The notes beneath the pieces were generated by a model. The model was not told the DNA's origin and made no database searches. It saw only the letters and a list, made by a program, of their open reading frames with translations. Both the position numbers and the translations under genes were made by a program. A stretch of 64,000 bases of DNA, from the NCBI GenBank assembly GCA_002726315.1, contig PBSS01000048.1, positions 4,576 through 68,575 on the forward strand, given 5' to 3'. The DNA is from Acidimicrobiaceae bacterium. GTDB lineage: Bacteria > Actinomycetota > Acidimicrobiia > Acidimicrobiales > MedAcidi-G1. Shown one piece after another: positions 27,553-37,270 of the stretch; position 1 is the first letter of the stretch, and each line of letters starts with the position of its first letter.

Positions 27553-29043
27553 ATGACCCCAACAGATAACCCTCTTGAGTCGTTTGACATCGACTACGCC
27601 CCAGCGCTGGAGTCCACTGCTGTGATCGATATTGCCGACAGTTACGGCCACTTCATCAACGGTGTCTTCGTCGAACCATCTTCGGGAGTCACCTTCCCGA
27701 CCGTCAACCCTGCCACCGAGACACATCTAGCCGACATTGCCGACGGTTCACCCGAGGATGTCGACCGTGCAGTCACGGCTGCTCGCACCGCCTTCGAAGG
27801 GCCCTGGGGCCAGATGACTGGTAGCGAAAGGGGCAGGTACCTGTTTCGGATCGCGCGCCAACTTCAAGAACGCTCCCGGGAGTTCGCAGTTCTCGAGACC
27901 ATGGACGGTGGAAAGCCCATTAAGGAGAGCCGCGACCTGGACCTCCCACTGTCGGCTGCCTGGTTCTTCTACTACGCGGGTTGGACAGACAAGCTGGAGT
28001 ACGCCTTCCCCAACAGGACAGTGGCTCCCCACGGGGTAGTCGGCCAAATCGTGCCGTGGAACTTCCCACTCATGATGGCCGCATGGAAACTTGCACCGGC
28101 CCTCGCCGCCGGCAACACCGTCGTACTCAAGCCTGCCGAAACCACACCACTTACCGCCCTCTTGTTGGCCGACGTCCTATGCGACGTCGACTTGCCACCC
28201 GGTGTTGTCAACATCGTGACCGGCGCTGGTGGCACGGGAGCCGCGATCGTCGACCACCCCGGCATCGACAAGCTGGCTTTCACAGGATCGACCGAGGTCG
28301 GGAAGACCATCCAGCGGGTCGCATCCACTCGCCGGATCCCCCTCACCCTGGAGTTGGGTGGCAAGGCCGCCCACATCGTGTTCGAGGACTCGGCGTTCGA
28401 CCAGGCCGTGGAAGGTGTCGTAACGGGCATCTACTCCAACCAGGGCCATGTGTGCTGTGCCGGTTCACGACTACTGGTCGAGGAATCGATTGCAGAACAT
28501 TTCGTCGAGCGCGTGAGGCGCCGGATCTCTACGCTGCGCCTCGGTAACCCCCTCGACAAGAACACTGACGTGGGCGCAATAAACTCGGCTGACCAACTGC
28601 AGCGCATCACCGACATGGTCGCCACCGGCGTGGCCGAGGGAGCCGACCTCTACCAACCCGAATGTGAACTCCCGGACAAGGGCTTCTGGTTTCCGCCGAC
28701 CGTGTTCACCGGGGTGCAGCAGAGCCATACGGTGGCCCGTGAGGAGATCTTCGGACCGGTGCTCACAGTCCAGACCTTCCGCACCGCCGAAGAAGCCGTG
28801 GAGAAGGCCAACAACACGCCCTACGGCCTGTCAGCCGGCATCTGGACCGAGAAGGGCTCCAAGATCCTCTGGATGGCTGAGAAGTTGCGTGCGGGTGTGG
28901 TGTGGGCCAACACCTACAACAGGTTCGACCCGGCCAGCCCATTCGGCGGCTACAAGGAGAGTGGCTTCGGCCGTGAGGGCGGCCTACACGGCCTAGCCCC
29001 ATACCTAAGGGAACAAACCAGCGGCGCGGGGGGAAGTGCGTGA
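27553..29043 (+). CDS. NAD(P)-dependent aldehyde dehydrogenase
   Basis: VPWNFPLMMAAWKLAPALAAGNTVVLKP, FTGSTEVG, LELGGKA (Glu) and NQGHVCCAGSR (Cys) motifs. Size is 496 aa. Confidence 0.9.
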   Translation: MTPTDNPLESFDIDYAPALESTAVIDIADSYGHFINGVFVEPSSGVTFPTVNPATETHLADIADGSPEDVDRAVTAARTAFEGPWGQMTGSERGRYLFRIARQLQERSREFAVLETMDGGKPIKESRDLDLPLSAAWFFYYAGWTDKLEYAFPNRTVAPHGVVGQIVPWNFPLMMAAWKLAPALAAGNTVVLKPAETTPLTALLLADVLCDVDLPPGVVNIVTGAGGTGAAIVDHPGIDKLAFTGSTEVGKTIQRVASTRRIPLTLELGGKAAHIVFEDSAFDQAVEGVVTGIYSNQGHVCCAGSRLLVEESIAEHFVERVRRRISTLRLGNPLDKNTDVGAINSADQLQRITDMVATGVAEGADLYQPECELPDKGFWFPPTVFTGVQQSHTVAREEIFGPVLTVQTFRTAEEAVEKANNTPYGLSAGIWTEKGSKILWMAEKLRAGVVWANTYNRFDPASPFGGYKESGFGREGGLHGLAPYLREQTSGAGGSA

Positions 29044-29888
29044 TGGCCGAGCACATTCCTGTCGACAAGACCTTCAAACTGTTCATAGGCGGAACGTTTC
29101 CCCGTTCTGAATCCGGAAGGACCTTTCAGATCCACTCGGCTGACGGCGACCTGCTGGCCAACGCTGCCAAGGCCTCCCGCAAGGACCTGCGTGAAGCCGT
29201 CAAGGCGGCACGCGGCGCACAGGCCGACTGGGCCGGCCGCACGGCGTACAACCGTGGCCAGGTGCTCTACCGGGTAGCCGAGGTCATGGAGTCCCGTAGG
29301 GCCGAGTTCATCTCGGTTCTGACGGACATGGGCCAGACGGCCCACTCGGTGCGAGCCGAGGTAGACAGGTCAATCGACAGGTGGGTCTGGTACGCGGGCT
29401 GGGCGGACAAGCTTCACCACGTTCTTGGCACGGTTAACCCGGTAGCCGGCCCCTACTTCAACTTCACCTTCCCGGAGCCAACCGGCGTGGTGGTAGTCGC
29501 CGCACCCGATGACCCACCACTGCTCGGCCTTCTCTCACGGATCGCCCCCGTGATCATCTCAGGCAACACGGCTGTGGTAACCACGGGAGGTCCCTCGGCG
29601 CTGGCAGCTGTGACCCTGGCCGAAGTTCTGGCAACCTCCGATGTTCCGGGAGGCGTCGTAAATGTCCTCACTGGCGACAAGGCCGAACTGCTGCCATGGG
29701 CACTGGGACATATGGACGTCAACTCCGTGGACCTCACCGGCGAACCTAATGGCCTCGATGACGAGGCTGTGGCCACGGCCGCCGACAACGTGAAGCGCAT
29801 CGTGCGGTCCGACCCAGTCGGTGCCAGCCCGTACATGATCGGTGACTTCCTAGAGATGAAAACTGTCTGGCACCCGATCGGCCGCTAA
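29040..29888 (+). CDS. Aldehyde-dehydrogenase-like protein lacking the catalytic domain
   Basis: The ALDH N-terminal and NAD-binding region is present (FIGGTF..., VVVAAPDDPPLLGLLSRIAPVIISGNTAVV, PGGVVNVLTG). After AADNVKRIV the sequence jumps straight to an ALDH-type C-terminal strand (FLEMKTVWHPIG). It is 282 aa against about 480-500, with no Glu/Cys catalytic motifs. Its start overlaps the upstream ALDH stop (GTGATG, 29040-29043). Confidence 0.65.
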   Translation: MMAEHIPVDKTFKLFIGGTFPRSESGRTFQIHSADGDLLANAAKASRKDLREAVKAARGAQADWAGRTAYNRGQVLYRVAEVMESRRAEFISVLTDMGQTAHSVRAEVDRSIDRWVWYAGWADKLHHVLGTVNPVAGPYFNFTFPEPTGVVVVAAPDDPPLLGLLSRIAPVIISGNTAVVTTGGPSALAAVTLAEVLATSDVPGGVVNVLTGDKAELLPWALGHMDVNSVDLTGEPNGLDDEAVATAADNVKRIVRSDPVGASPYMIGDFLEMKTVWHPIGR

Positions 29889-29895
29889 ACCACCT

Positions 29896-31173
29896 TCAGG
29901 CACCTATCCGGTCCACTACCAGTGGCATCGGAGCGGGGGCCTCATCCACAACCTCGATGGCACCCTCGAGGGCCTCACGTGCAATGGCGAACAGGCTTGG
30001 ATCTTCTGCGTGCAGTTCCAGCACGGGTTGGCCAACCTCGATGGCATCACCCGGCTTGGCGAGACACACAACACCGGCCGAGGCGCTCACGGTGTCCTCC
30101 TTGCGCGCGCGCCCCGCACCCAACCGCCACGCTGCAATGCCCACCGAAAGGCAATCGAGACGCCCCAACCAACCCGCCTCTTCGACGGTGACTACCTCGA
30201 CGTGGGGTGCGATGGGCAAATCTGCTGAGAGGTCGCCTCCCTGCGCGGCGACCATTTCCTCAAACACTTCCCGCGGGCGTCCCGACGCTAGGACCTCTGC
30301 CGGATCGGCGTCGAGGCCTGCCAGGGCAACCATCTCATCGGCCAGGGCCAGGGTCACCTCGATGAGGTCGTCGGGGCCCTCTCCCTCCAGGACCTTAAGG
30401 CTCTCGACCACCTCAAGTGCGTTACCCGCCGTACGACCGAGAACGGTGTGCATGGCGGTGATCAGGGCAACGGTACGCACCCCGTTGCTCTCTCCAAGGT
30501 CGACCATAGTGTGTGCCAGTTCTCGGGCTCGATCCAGCTCGGGCATAAAGGATCCCGAGCCAAACTTCACGTCCAGCACCAATGAGTCTGTCCCTTCTGC
30601 GATCTTCTTGGACATGATCGAGCTAGCTATGAGCGGGATCGAGTCAACGGTGGCCGTCACATCCCGCAGTGCGTAGAGGCAGCGATCAGCGGGACTGATG
30701 TCCTCGGTGGCGCCAGCAATCACACCTCCCACACGACGCATCTGATCAACCATCTCGTCGACGCTGAGTGAAGCCCTCCAACCGGGAATGGCCTCCATCT
30801 TGTCGAGCGTTCCACCACTGTGACCGAGACCCCTTCCCGACAACTGTGGAACCGCCGCACCACATGCAGCGACAAGGGGAACCAGGATCAGTGAGACCTT
30901 GTCTCCAACACCTCCGGTGGAGTGCTTGTCGACCGTGGGAAGTCCAACAGCGCCAAGATCCAACCGACTTCCCGAATCCACCATCGCCTCGGTCCAGACA
31001 GCCAATTCATCGGACTCCATACCCTGGAAGAAGATGGCCATCGCAAGTGCAGCTGCCTGCTCGTCGGCGATGACACCACCGGCGGCGTAGTTGTGGATGA
31101 ACCACGTGATTTGCTCATCACTGAGCCTGTGACCGTCCCGCTTTGCCCGGATTATCCCGACCGTGTCCACCAC
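29896..31173 (-). CDS. deoA: Thymidine / pyrimidine-nucleoside phosphorylase
   Basis: IRAKRDGHRLSDEQITWFI, DKHSTGGVGDKVSL and SGRGLGHSGGTLDK motifs. Confidence 0.9.
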   Translation of the reverse strand: MVDTVGIIRAKRDGHRLSDEQITWFIHNYAAGGVIADEQAAALAMAIFFQGMESDELAVWTEAMVDSGSRLDLGAVGLPTVDKHSTGGVGDKVSLILVPLVAACGAAVPQLSGRGLGHSGGTLDKMEAIPGWRASLSVDEMVDQMRRVGGVIAGATEDISPADRCLYALRDVTATVDSIPLIASSIMSKKIAEGTDSLVLDVKFGSGSFMPELDRARELAHTMVDLGESNGVRTVALITAMHTVLGRTAGNALEVVESLKVLEGEGPDDLIEVTLALADEMVALAGLDADPAEVLASGRPREVFEEMVAAQGGDLSADLPIAPHVEVVTVEEAGWLGRLDCLSVGIAAWRLGAGRARKEDTVSASAGVVCLAKPGDAIEVGQPVLELHAEDPSLFAIAREALEGAIEVVDEAPAPMPLVVDRIGA

Positions 31174-31578
31174 TCAAACCGTGTTCAAGTCTTCTGGGGA
31201 AAACGGGTCGGCCAACAGGTCCACAATCGTCCGGGGGCCGTTGCGACCGTCGACCAGGAGGTTAGTGCCTCCGGCCTCCAAGAGGAGTTGCCGGCACCGG
31301 CCGCAAGGTGCGAGCGGGTCACCTTCGGGATTGGCTGCGACGACGGCGACGAGGTGACCGCCGCCGGTGAGGTGCATATCAGAAACCATGCCGCACTCGG
31401 CACACAGGGTGAGGCCATAGGAGGCGTTCTCCACGTTGCAGCCTGAAACGATCCGGCCATCATCGGTGAGGCCGGCAGCACCCACCGGGAAACGGGAGTA
31501 CGGGGCATAGGCGTTGGCTGCGGCCTCCGCTGCCACCGAGCGGAGTGCCCGCCAATCGATCTCAGGTTCAGTGTCCAT
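31174..31578 (-). CDS. cdd: Cytidine deaminase
   Basis: Zinc motifs CAECG and PCGRCRQ, plus AYAPYSRFPVGAA. The ORF track extends to 31647; ATG 31578 (MDTEPEIDW) gives the usual size. Its stop abuts the deoA start. Confidence 0.88.
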   Translation of the reverse strand: MDTEPEIDWRALRSVAAEAAANAYAPYSRFPVGAAGLTDDGRIVSGCNVENASYGLTLCAECGMVSDMHLTGGGHLVAVVAANPEGDPLAPCGRCRQLLLEAGGTNLLVDGRNGPRTIVDLLADPFSPEDLNTV

Positions 31579-31698
31579 CCCCCCATGCTGCCCCATGGGA
31601 GCAACCAGAGCACGGTCATGTCCTCTACACGGGATTTGACAACTCAATGAGTGACTTCAACGGCGAAACGGATCCCTTGGCCCAATCACTCGGCACGA

Positions 31699-32172
31699 CT
31701 ACAAATCCAGGCGATAGACGTTGGTGTCACGTTGTTCGAAGTTGAGGCGGTCATAGAGGCGGTTGGCGGCCTCGCGGGACGGGCGAGACGTCAGATCAAT
31801 AGTCCTGGCACCGGCCTCACATGCACGTTCGATAGCCACCCGGTTAAGAGCCTCACCCACGCCACGACCCCTGGCAGCCTCATCCACCACCACGTCCTCG
31901 ATCCATGCCCGTACCCCTGTCGGTATCCGAAAGACGACAAGCGTCATCATCCCCAACACCACACCATGCTCCTCGGCCACCAACAAGATTGAGGCATCCG
32001 ATTTAACGATCTCGGACAGTTCCACTGAACTAGGAGCAGGACTGGAGTTGGACAGCTGCGGGATGAGCCGGCCCAGTGCCTCCAGTAGGACGTCATCCAC
32101 CTCGGTGGCTTCCCGAATCTCGATCATTGATTCCTCCATCGGGGCCGATTGTAGGAGGACCAGGCCTACCAA
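31699..32172 (-). CDS. GNAT family N-acetyltransferase
   Basis: IEDVVVDEAARGRGVGEALN (acetyl-CoA motif A). The likely start is an internal ATG at 32139 or 32127. Confidence 0.75.
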   Translation of the reverse strand: MVGLVLLQSAPMEESMIEIREATEVDDVLLEALGRLIPQLSNSSPAPSSVELSEIVKSDASILLVAEEHGVVLGMMTLVVFRIPTGVRAWIEDVVVDEAARGRGVGEALNRVAIERACEAGARTIDLTSRPSREAANRLYDRLNFEQRDTNVYRLDL

Positions 32173-32229
32173 CAGGATCAGTCAGCCTCGCAGGCGCGTG
32201 CTGCACCGGCCACCGGTATCCTCCGACCG

Positions 32230-33102
32230 ATGGTCAGTTCACCAACACCGCACCTGCACTGGTCCAATGCCGCGAGGCTGAACGACCTGAAATCCCCGAT
32301 CCTGATTGCTGCCTTCGAGGGCTGGAACGATGCTGGAGAAGCATCGTCCACCGCGGCTCGCTACGTGCGAGACCACTTCGAGTCAGTCGAGGTCGCCACG
32401 ATCGACGCTGAGGACTTCTTCGACTTCACGGTGGCCCGCCCGAGCGTCCACCTTGACCACGAAGGCTCCCGTCATATCGCCTGGCCCTCAACGAGCGTGT
32501 ATGCAGCACATATCCCGGAAACCGACCACGACCTGGTCGTTCTGACCGGACACGAGCCACAGTTGCGCTGGCGGACCTTCGTAGATCATGTGCTCACAAC
32601 AGCCAACGAAGTGGGTGCCAGCCTGGCTGTCACCCTCGGCGCCCTGCTAACAGATGTGCCCCACACGAGGCCTGTGCAGGTCTACGGCACCTCTGACGAC
32701 GTGGTGATCACCGAACACTTAAGCCTCTCGCCATCCACCTACGAAGGGCCCACGGGCATCGTTGGCGTCCTCGGAGCCGGTCTCCGGGCAGCCGGGATAC
32801 CAACAGCGTCCCTCTGGGCAAGCGTGCCGGCCTACGTGTCCAGCGCTCCCTCCCCCAAGGCCGCCCTGGCACTAGTGGAGGGCCTGAGTACCGTCCTGGG
32901 TACGACCATCCCCTGCACCGACCTGGAAATAGCTGCGGCCACCTACGAGCGACAGGTCAGCGACCTGGTTGCCGAAGACGAGGACACGGCTGAGTATGTC
33001 GAGCGCCTGGAGGTTGACTTCGACGAGGAACCTGATGACAACCCTGACCGCTTGGTGGCTGATATTGAGGACTTCCTGCGAAACCAGCCGGGCAAACCCT
33101 GA
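32230..33102 (+). CDS. PAC2 (proteasome assembly chaperone 2-like) family protein
   Basis: LKSPILIAAFEGWNDAGEASS is the characteristic actinobacterial PAC2 N-terminus. The C-terminal tail is acidic. Confidence 0.75.
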   Translation: MVSSPTPHLHWSNAARLNDLKSPILIAAFEGWNDAGEASSTAARYVRDHFESVEVATIDAEDFFDFTVARPSVHLDHEGSRHIAWPSTSVYAAHIPETDHDLVVLTGHEPQLRWRTFVDHVLTTANEVGASLAVTLGALLTDVPHTRPVQVYGTSDDVVITEHLSLSPSTYEGPTGIVGVLGAGLRAAGIPTASLWASVPAYVSSAPSPKAALALVEGLSTVLGTTIPCTDLEIAAATYERQVSDLVAEDEDTAEYVERLEVDFDEEPDDNPDRLVADIEDFLRNQPGKP

Positions 33103-33119
33103 CCCCGGAACACCCCTGC

Positions 33120-33824
33120 TCAGATCGGGTTGTCTCCGCGCCACGGCGGGTCACGGGGTGCATCGAAACGGACATCTATGTACTCACCGCGAATTGCCCT
33201 AAATGCCTCCTCAGCCCACTCGTCGGGAAGGATCGTGTCCTCCGGTAAGCAGTCCTCAGCAAAGAACCCAACATCTCGGCACTCAAGTGGGTGCGGCTTC
33301 AACTCTCCACCCGTCATGCGGCAGTGAAATACCAGAGAGTAAAGTGGGATACCGGTGAATCCCAGCCGGAAGCCATCCAGGATGGCAATGGGTCTGACCA
33401 CCTCACAGTGGATACCTGTTTCCTCGAGAACCTCCTTGATGACGACCTCGGCGGGCGAATAGCCCACATCGGCCCAGCCCGTCGGGTAGAGCCAGAGGCC
33501 AGACTCGGCACGTTGCACGAGCAAAAGTTCTCCATCGTCGTTTCCAACCACCGCCGCCACGGTTGACTTGGGAGTCACATAGCCGGGCACCCCCTCGCCA
33601 ACTGATGCCAGCCACCCATCCATCAACTCATCAATTCCAGGAGCCTCACCGCCTGAGTCGGCACGCACCCGTATGTCGGCGGCAACTCTCAGCACCTCTT
33701 CAAACCGCTCCCGTTCATAAAGAACTTCGGTAAAGCCCAGACCTGTGCGGGCAATCGCAGACAGGGATTCGGCCCAACGCAGCAACTCCAATCTTGAGGG
33801 GGGCTGAACGCCTGGGTTGTTCAT
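33120..33824 (-). CDS. NUDIX hydrolase with N-terminal NUDIX-associated helical domain
   Basis: The N-terminal region is LLRWAESLSAIARTGLGFTEVLYERERFEEV. The Nudix box is GWADVGYSPAEVVIKEVLEETG. Confidence 0.75.
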   Translation of the reverse strand: MNNPGVQPPSRLELLRWAESLSAIARTGLGFTEVLYERERFEEVLRVAADIRVRADSGGEAPGIDELMDGWLASVGEGVPGYVTPKSTVAAVVGNDDGELLLVQRAESGLWLYPTGWADVGYSPAEVVIKEVLEETGIHCEVVRPIAILDGFRLGFTGIPLYSLVFHCRMTGGELKPHPLECRDVGFFAEDCLPEDTILPDEWAEEAFRAIRGEYIDVRFDAPRDPPWRGDNPI

Positions 33825-33863
33825 GCAATTAGACCGTAGGCGATCACCAACCAGATCACTGGC

Positions 33864-36176
33864 TCAGAAATCCACTACTACCCAGCGCAGCACCGACAGT
33901 TCGATCTCAGTGAGGTGGTCAGGATCCGTGATCTTGGACCCGGTGCCATCGCGTAGGTAGAAGGCGTCAACGACATCGGATCCAATGGTCTGCACTCGTG
34001 CACTAACGATGTCAAGGTCAAGTTCGGCAAATGCTCGGGTAATCCTGTAGAGAACTCCGACCCCGTCAGGGCAACTTACCTCTAGGACAGTAGCTAGCGC
34101 CGAGGCCTCATTGTCGACAGTCACTCGTGGGGTCGCAGGCCGCGCTGACGTAGGTGGCTGGCTGTAGATGCGGGAACGCTCTCCAAGGCGGGCGGATATC
34201 GCGAGGCGCCCAGTCAGCGCCCTCTCAACTTGTTCAACTACATGAGGCCAGTCAGGTATCTGTTTGAAAACAGCCGTGATCTTGAACACCGATAATGCCC
34301 TGCCGCCTTCCGAATGGGCTGAGGCATCCAACACGTCTAGGCCATTGAGAGCGAGCACACCGGCCACCTTGGAAAAAGCACCGGGCCTGTCAGTTGTCAC
34401 AACCGTGAGGGTCGAGCCATCTCCCCAGATCACCTCCTCGCCACCCTCCAACAGCACCCGTTGTTCAGTACTCGGAAACAGTCCGACGACTAGGTCCGAC
34501 ATGTCGCCTCCGGTTAGCACGTAGTCGACCCGTGCCACCAAGTCACCAACAAGTTCCGCCTTCCAACTACTCCATGCCGAGGGGCCGGTTGCCAAGGAAT
34601 CAGCTTCGGTGAGTGCAGCCAACAGACTGAGCAGACAATGATTCTCTACCGACTCAGCGACAGCCAGAACTGTTCCGGAATCATCGAGATCACGCCTGGT
34701 CGCTATGTCCGGAAGGAGCAGGTGGTGCTGAACCATAGCTACCAAGATGTCCACATCGCCGTCTGGGTATCCCATTCGCTCTGCAATAGTGCGAACCAGG
34801 CCCATTCCCACGTCTGTGTGGTCACCGGGATAACCCTTGCCGATGTCGTGTAGTAGCGCACCCACCACTAGCAGGTCGGGTCTCTCAACGGTGTGGCAGA
34901 GAACTGCCGCTCCAGCTGCAGTTTCGAAAAGGTGGCGATCAACGGTAAAGCGGTGATACGCGTTGCGCTGTGGACGGTGTCGACACGGCTCCCACTCGGG
35001 TATCAAGCGAACAAACAACCCAACCTGATCCAGGTCCTCGACCACCGGAATGAGGTCGGGCCCGGCCGACATAAGGGCTACAAGGCATTCTCGCGCCTCA
35101 ACGGGCCAAGGCTCGGGCATTGGTGGAGAATCCGACACCAAACTCACCAACATCAGGCGATCCAGATAAGCACCCTCGGCCGCCGCCTTGGCTGCTACGC
35201 GTAGAGGCAACACCGGATCCTCGGCTATGGATGCTCCATCTCCCAAGTAGAGCCTGTCCCCGTCCATCATCAATCCTGAGCCCAGATCCCTCACCTCCGA
35301 GTCGGACAGGCCAACTGACAAGGGAACCCGCTTCTGGCTGTGTTCCTGGCGAAGCCGCCGGTAGACCCCGTCACCCACCCACGTGATGGCACCGGCAGCT
35401 GCGGCTACATCGGCCATGAGCCGGTCGGCATCACCGTGTCCGAGCCTCTCGGCCACCTCATCTTGAAGCTCTAGTAGAAGCCGATCGGAGCGGCCACCGG
35501 TCACCCGATGCAACTCCACTCGAACAGTGAGGAGCACCTCGAAGGCATCGGATAGACCCGCTGCCTCGGAAGCATGGAGCACAGGTTTGGTGGCTTCGGC
35601 CCACGCCAACGTGTGGACGTCGCGCAGGCCACCACGACCCTCTTTCAATTCGGATTCCAGCAAAAAAGCAACCTCGCCGTATTGCCCATGGCGTTCATCA
35701 ACCCTGGTGATGAGTGCTGCCAGATTCTCGTCGGCCTTCTCCATCCACTGGAGTCGCCCACCTTCGACAAGTGCAGTCGCAAGGTCCTGGTCGCCCGCGA
35801 TGTGTCGTGCTGCCAGAAGGCTGGTTGCAGTGTCCAAGTCGCCACTAGCCACATCCAGTATCTGTTCCACCGTGCCCACCTGATGACCCAACTTGAAGCC
35901 GGCGTCCCACAGTGGATACCAGAGGCTCTGAGCGAAGTCTGAGATATCGACACCAGGACTGCTCAGCAGGATCAAATCGATGTCGCTACCTGGACAGAGT
36001 TCCCTTCGGCCGTATCCGCCAACCGCTACGAGTGCAGTTTCCCCGGGTGGGTCCCCGGCTCCAAAAACGTCCACCAAGTACTGGTCGGTACGACTTGTCA
36101 GCGCCTCGCAAAACGCTGATCCCTTCAGTGACCCGTCAGCGAGGAGGTCGGTGGCACTGAACGTGGCGGCAGTCAC
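33864..36176 (-). CDS. glnD: [Protein-PII] uridylyl/adenylyl-transferase
   Basis: Nucleotidyltransferase motif VGGYGRRELCPGSDIDLILL, HD domain LLHDIGKG, and two C-terminal ACT-like repeats. GTG start. Confidence 0.85.
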   Translation of the reverse strand: MTAATFSATDLLADGSLKGSAFCEALTSRTDQYLVDVFGAGDPPGETALVAVGGYGRRELCPGSDIDLILLSSPGVDISDFAQSLWYPLWDAGFKLGHQVGTVEQILDVASGDLDTATSLLAARHIAGDQDLATALVEGGRLQWMEKADENLAALITRVDERHGQYGEVAFLLESELKEGRGGLRDVHTLAWAEATKPVLHASEAAGLSDAFEVLLTVRVELHRVTGGRSDRLLLELQDEVAERLGHGDADRLMADVAAAAGAITWVGDGVYRRLRQEHSQKRVPLSVGLSDSEVRDLGSGLMMDGDRLYLGDGASIAEDPVLPLRVAAKAAAEGAYLDRLMLVSLVSDSPPMPEPWPVEARECLVALMSAGPDLIPVVEDLDQVGLFVRLIPEWEPCRHRPQRNAYHRFTVDRHLFETAAGAAVLCHTVERPDLLVVGALLHDIGKGYPGDHTDVGMGLVRTIAERMGYPDGDVDILVAMVQHHLLLPDIATRRDLDDSGTVLAVAESVENHCLLSLLAALTEADSLATGPSAWSSWKAELVGDLVARVDYVLTGGDMSDLVVGLFPSTEQRVLLEGGEEVIWGDGSTLTVVTTDRPGAFSKVAGVLALNGLDVLDASAHSEGGRALSVFKITAVFKQIPDWPHVVEQVERALTGRLAISARLGERSRIYSQPPTSARPATPRVTVDNEASALATVLEVSCPDGVGVLYRITRAFAELDLDIVSARVQTIGSDVVDAFYLRDGTGSKITDPDHLTEIELSVLRWVVVDF

Positions 36177-36419
36177 GCAGCCCTACTCTCAACCACGGCA
36201 TCAAGCGTCTTGAGGTCACTAAAGCCGGTAGACACGTCCCAGTTACCGCCAACTACTCTCAGTGACAACCAACATGATGTGGAACCACGTCGACATTGCC
36301 AATCCTGAAGAACTGTGTCGGGCACAAAGACCCTCCTAAGGCGTAACGGGTTCGGTCATCAGAACGAATTCTAGATAGCCCTGGGCTGGTCCAACACCCC
36401 GGCATCCATGGAGGCTGGA

Positions 36420-37223
36420 TCAGTCTTCGGTATAGAGATTCAGGCGTCGACCTCTGGCAAAACCGACCAACTGGAAACCAGCGACTCGGGCCGTCTCTAC
36501 AGCAAGCGCAGATGGCGCACTGACGGCAACGAGAGCAGCGAAACCGGCTGTCCACGCCTTCTGGGCGATCTCAAAAGAAGCACGTCCACTCACCCAGAGC
36601 CCAAGCCCAGTGGCAGGCAGGAGGTCGTTGAGGTGGAGGTGACCGATCACTTTGTCGACCGCGTTGTGCCGGCCGATGTCCTCACGCTCCACTACTGGAA
36701 TTCCAGCCCGATCAAAGGCAACAGCAGCGTGGACGGCTCCCGTTGCCCCGAACAGCGGTTGGTCAACACCTATGCGATCGGCAAGTCCTGCAAGGAGGTC
36801 GAGGTCGAATGGCTCAACTTCGAGGGGTTCTAGTCGTTCAGACAGTTCTGTGATCGTGATAGACCCACACAGACCACACGATGAGGAGGTCAGATTCAAG
36901 CGTGGTGTGGGAACCGGTGCAAGACCGCCTGTTTCTACCGTGACGTCATTGAAGGCTGATTCACCGGCCGGCCCCTCACCACAGTAACGAACGCCCTTCA
37001 CGGGGGTTCCATCCAGTACGCCCTCAGTCACGCAGAAGCCGACCGCTAGATCGAAGTCGTCTCCCGGTGTACGCATGGTCGTGGCCACCAGGGTGCCATC
37101 CAGACGGATCGACATTGGCTCCTCGACTATCAGGTCGTCATGGGTGCGCCTGCTCTCCACACCGTCGACACGACGGGTCAAGACTCTCTCGGTTCGTCCC
37201 CTAGACGCCACCTCAGCGACCAC
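36420..37223 (-). CDS. fdhD: Formate dehydrogenase accessory sulfurtransferase FdhD
   Basis: SSCGLCG active-site loop and GRHNAVDKVIG motif. Confidence 0.88.
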   Translation of the reverse strand: MVAEVASRGRTERVLTRRVDGVESRRTHDDLIVEEPMSIRLDGTLVATTMRTPGDDFDLAVGFCVTEGVLDGTPVKGVRYCGEGPAGESAFNDVTVETGGLAPVPTPRLNLTSSSCGLCGSITITELSERLEPLEVEPFDLDLLAGLADRIGVDQPLFGATGAVHAAVAFDRAGIPVVEREDIGRHNAVDKVIGHLHLNDLLPATGLGLWVSGRASFEIAQKAWTAGFAALVAVSAPSALAVETARVAGFQLVGFARGRRLNLYTED

Positions 37224-37270
37224 CAGTTCTGTAGGGCTGCCTCATGGACACCAGTGAACACGCCTGTGAC

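Noticed and set aside
36259-36555. 98-aa minus-strand ORF spanning the fdhD 3' end and the spacer.
   Set aside because: It overlaps the fdhD coding sequence. Its translation is Cys/Arg-rich with no motifs and no ribosome-binding site.
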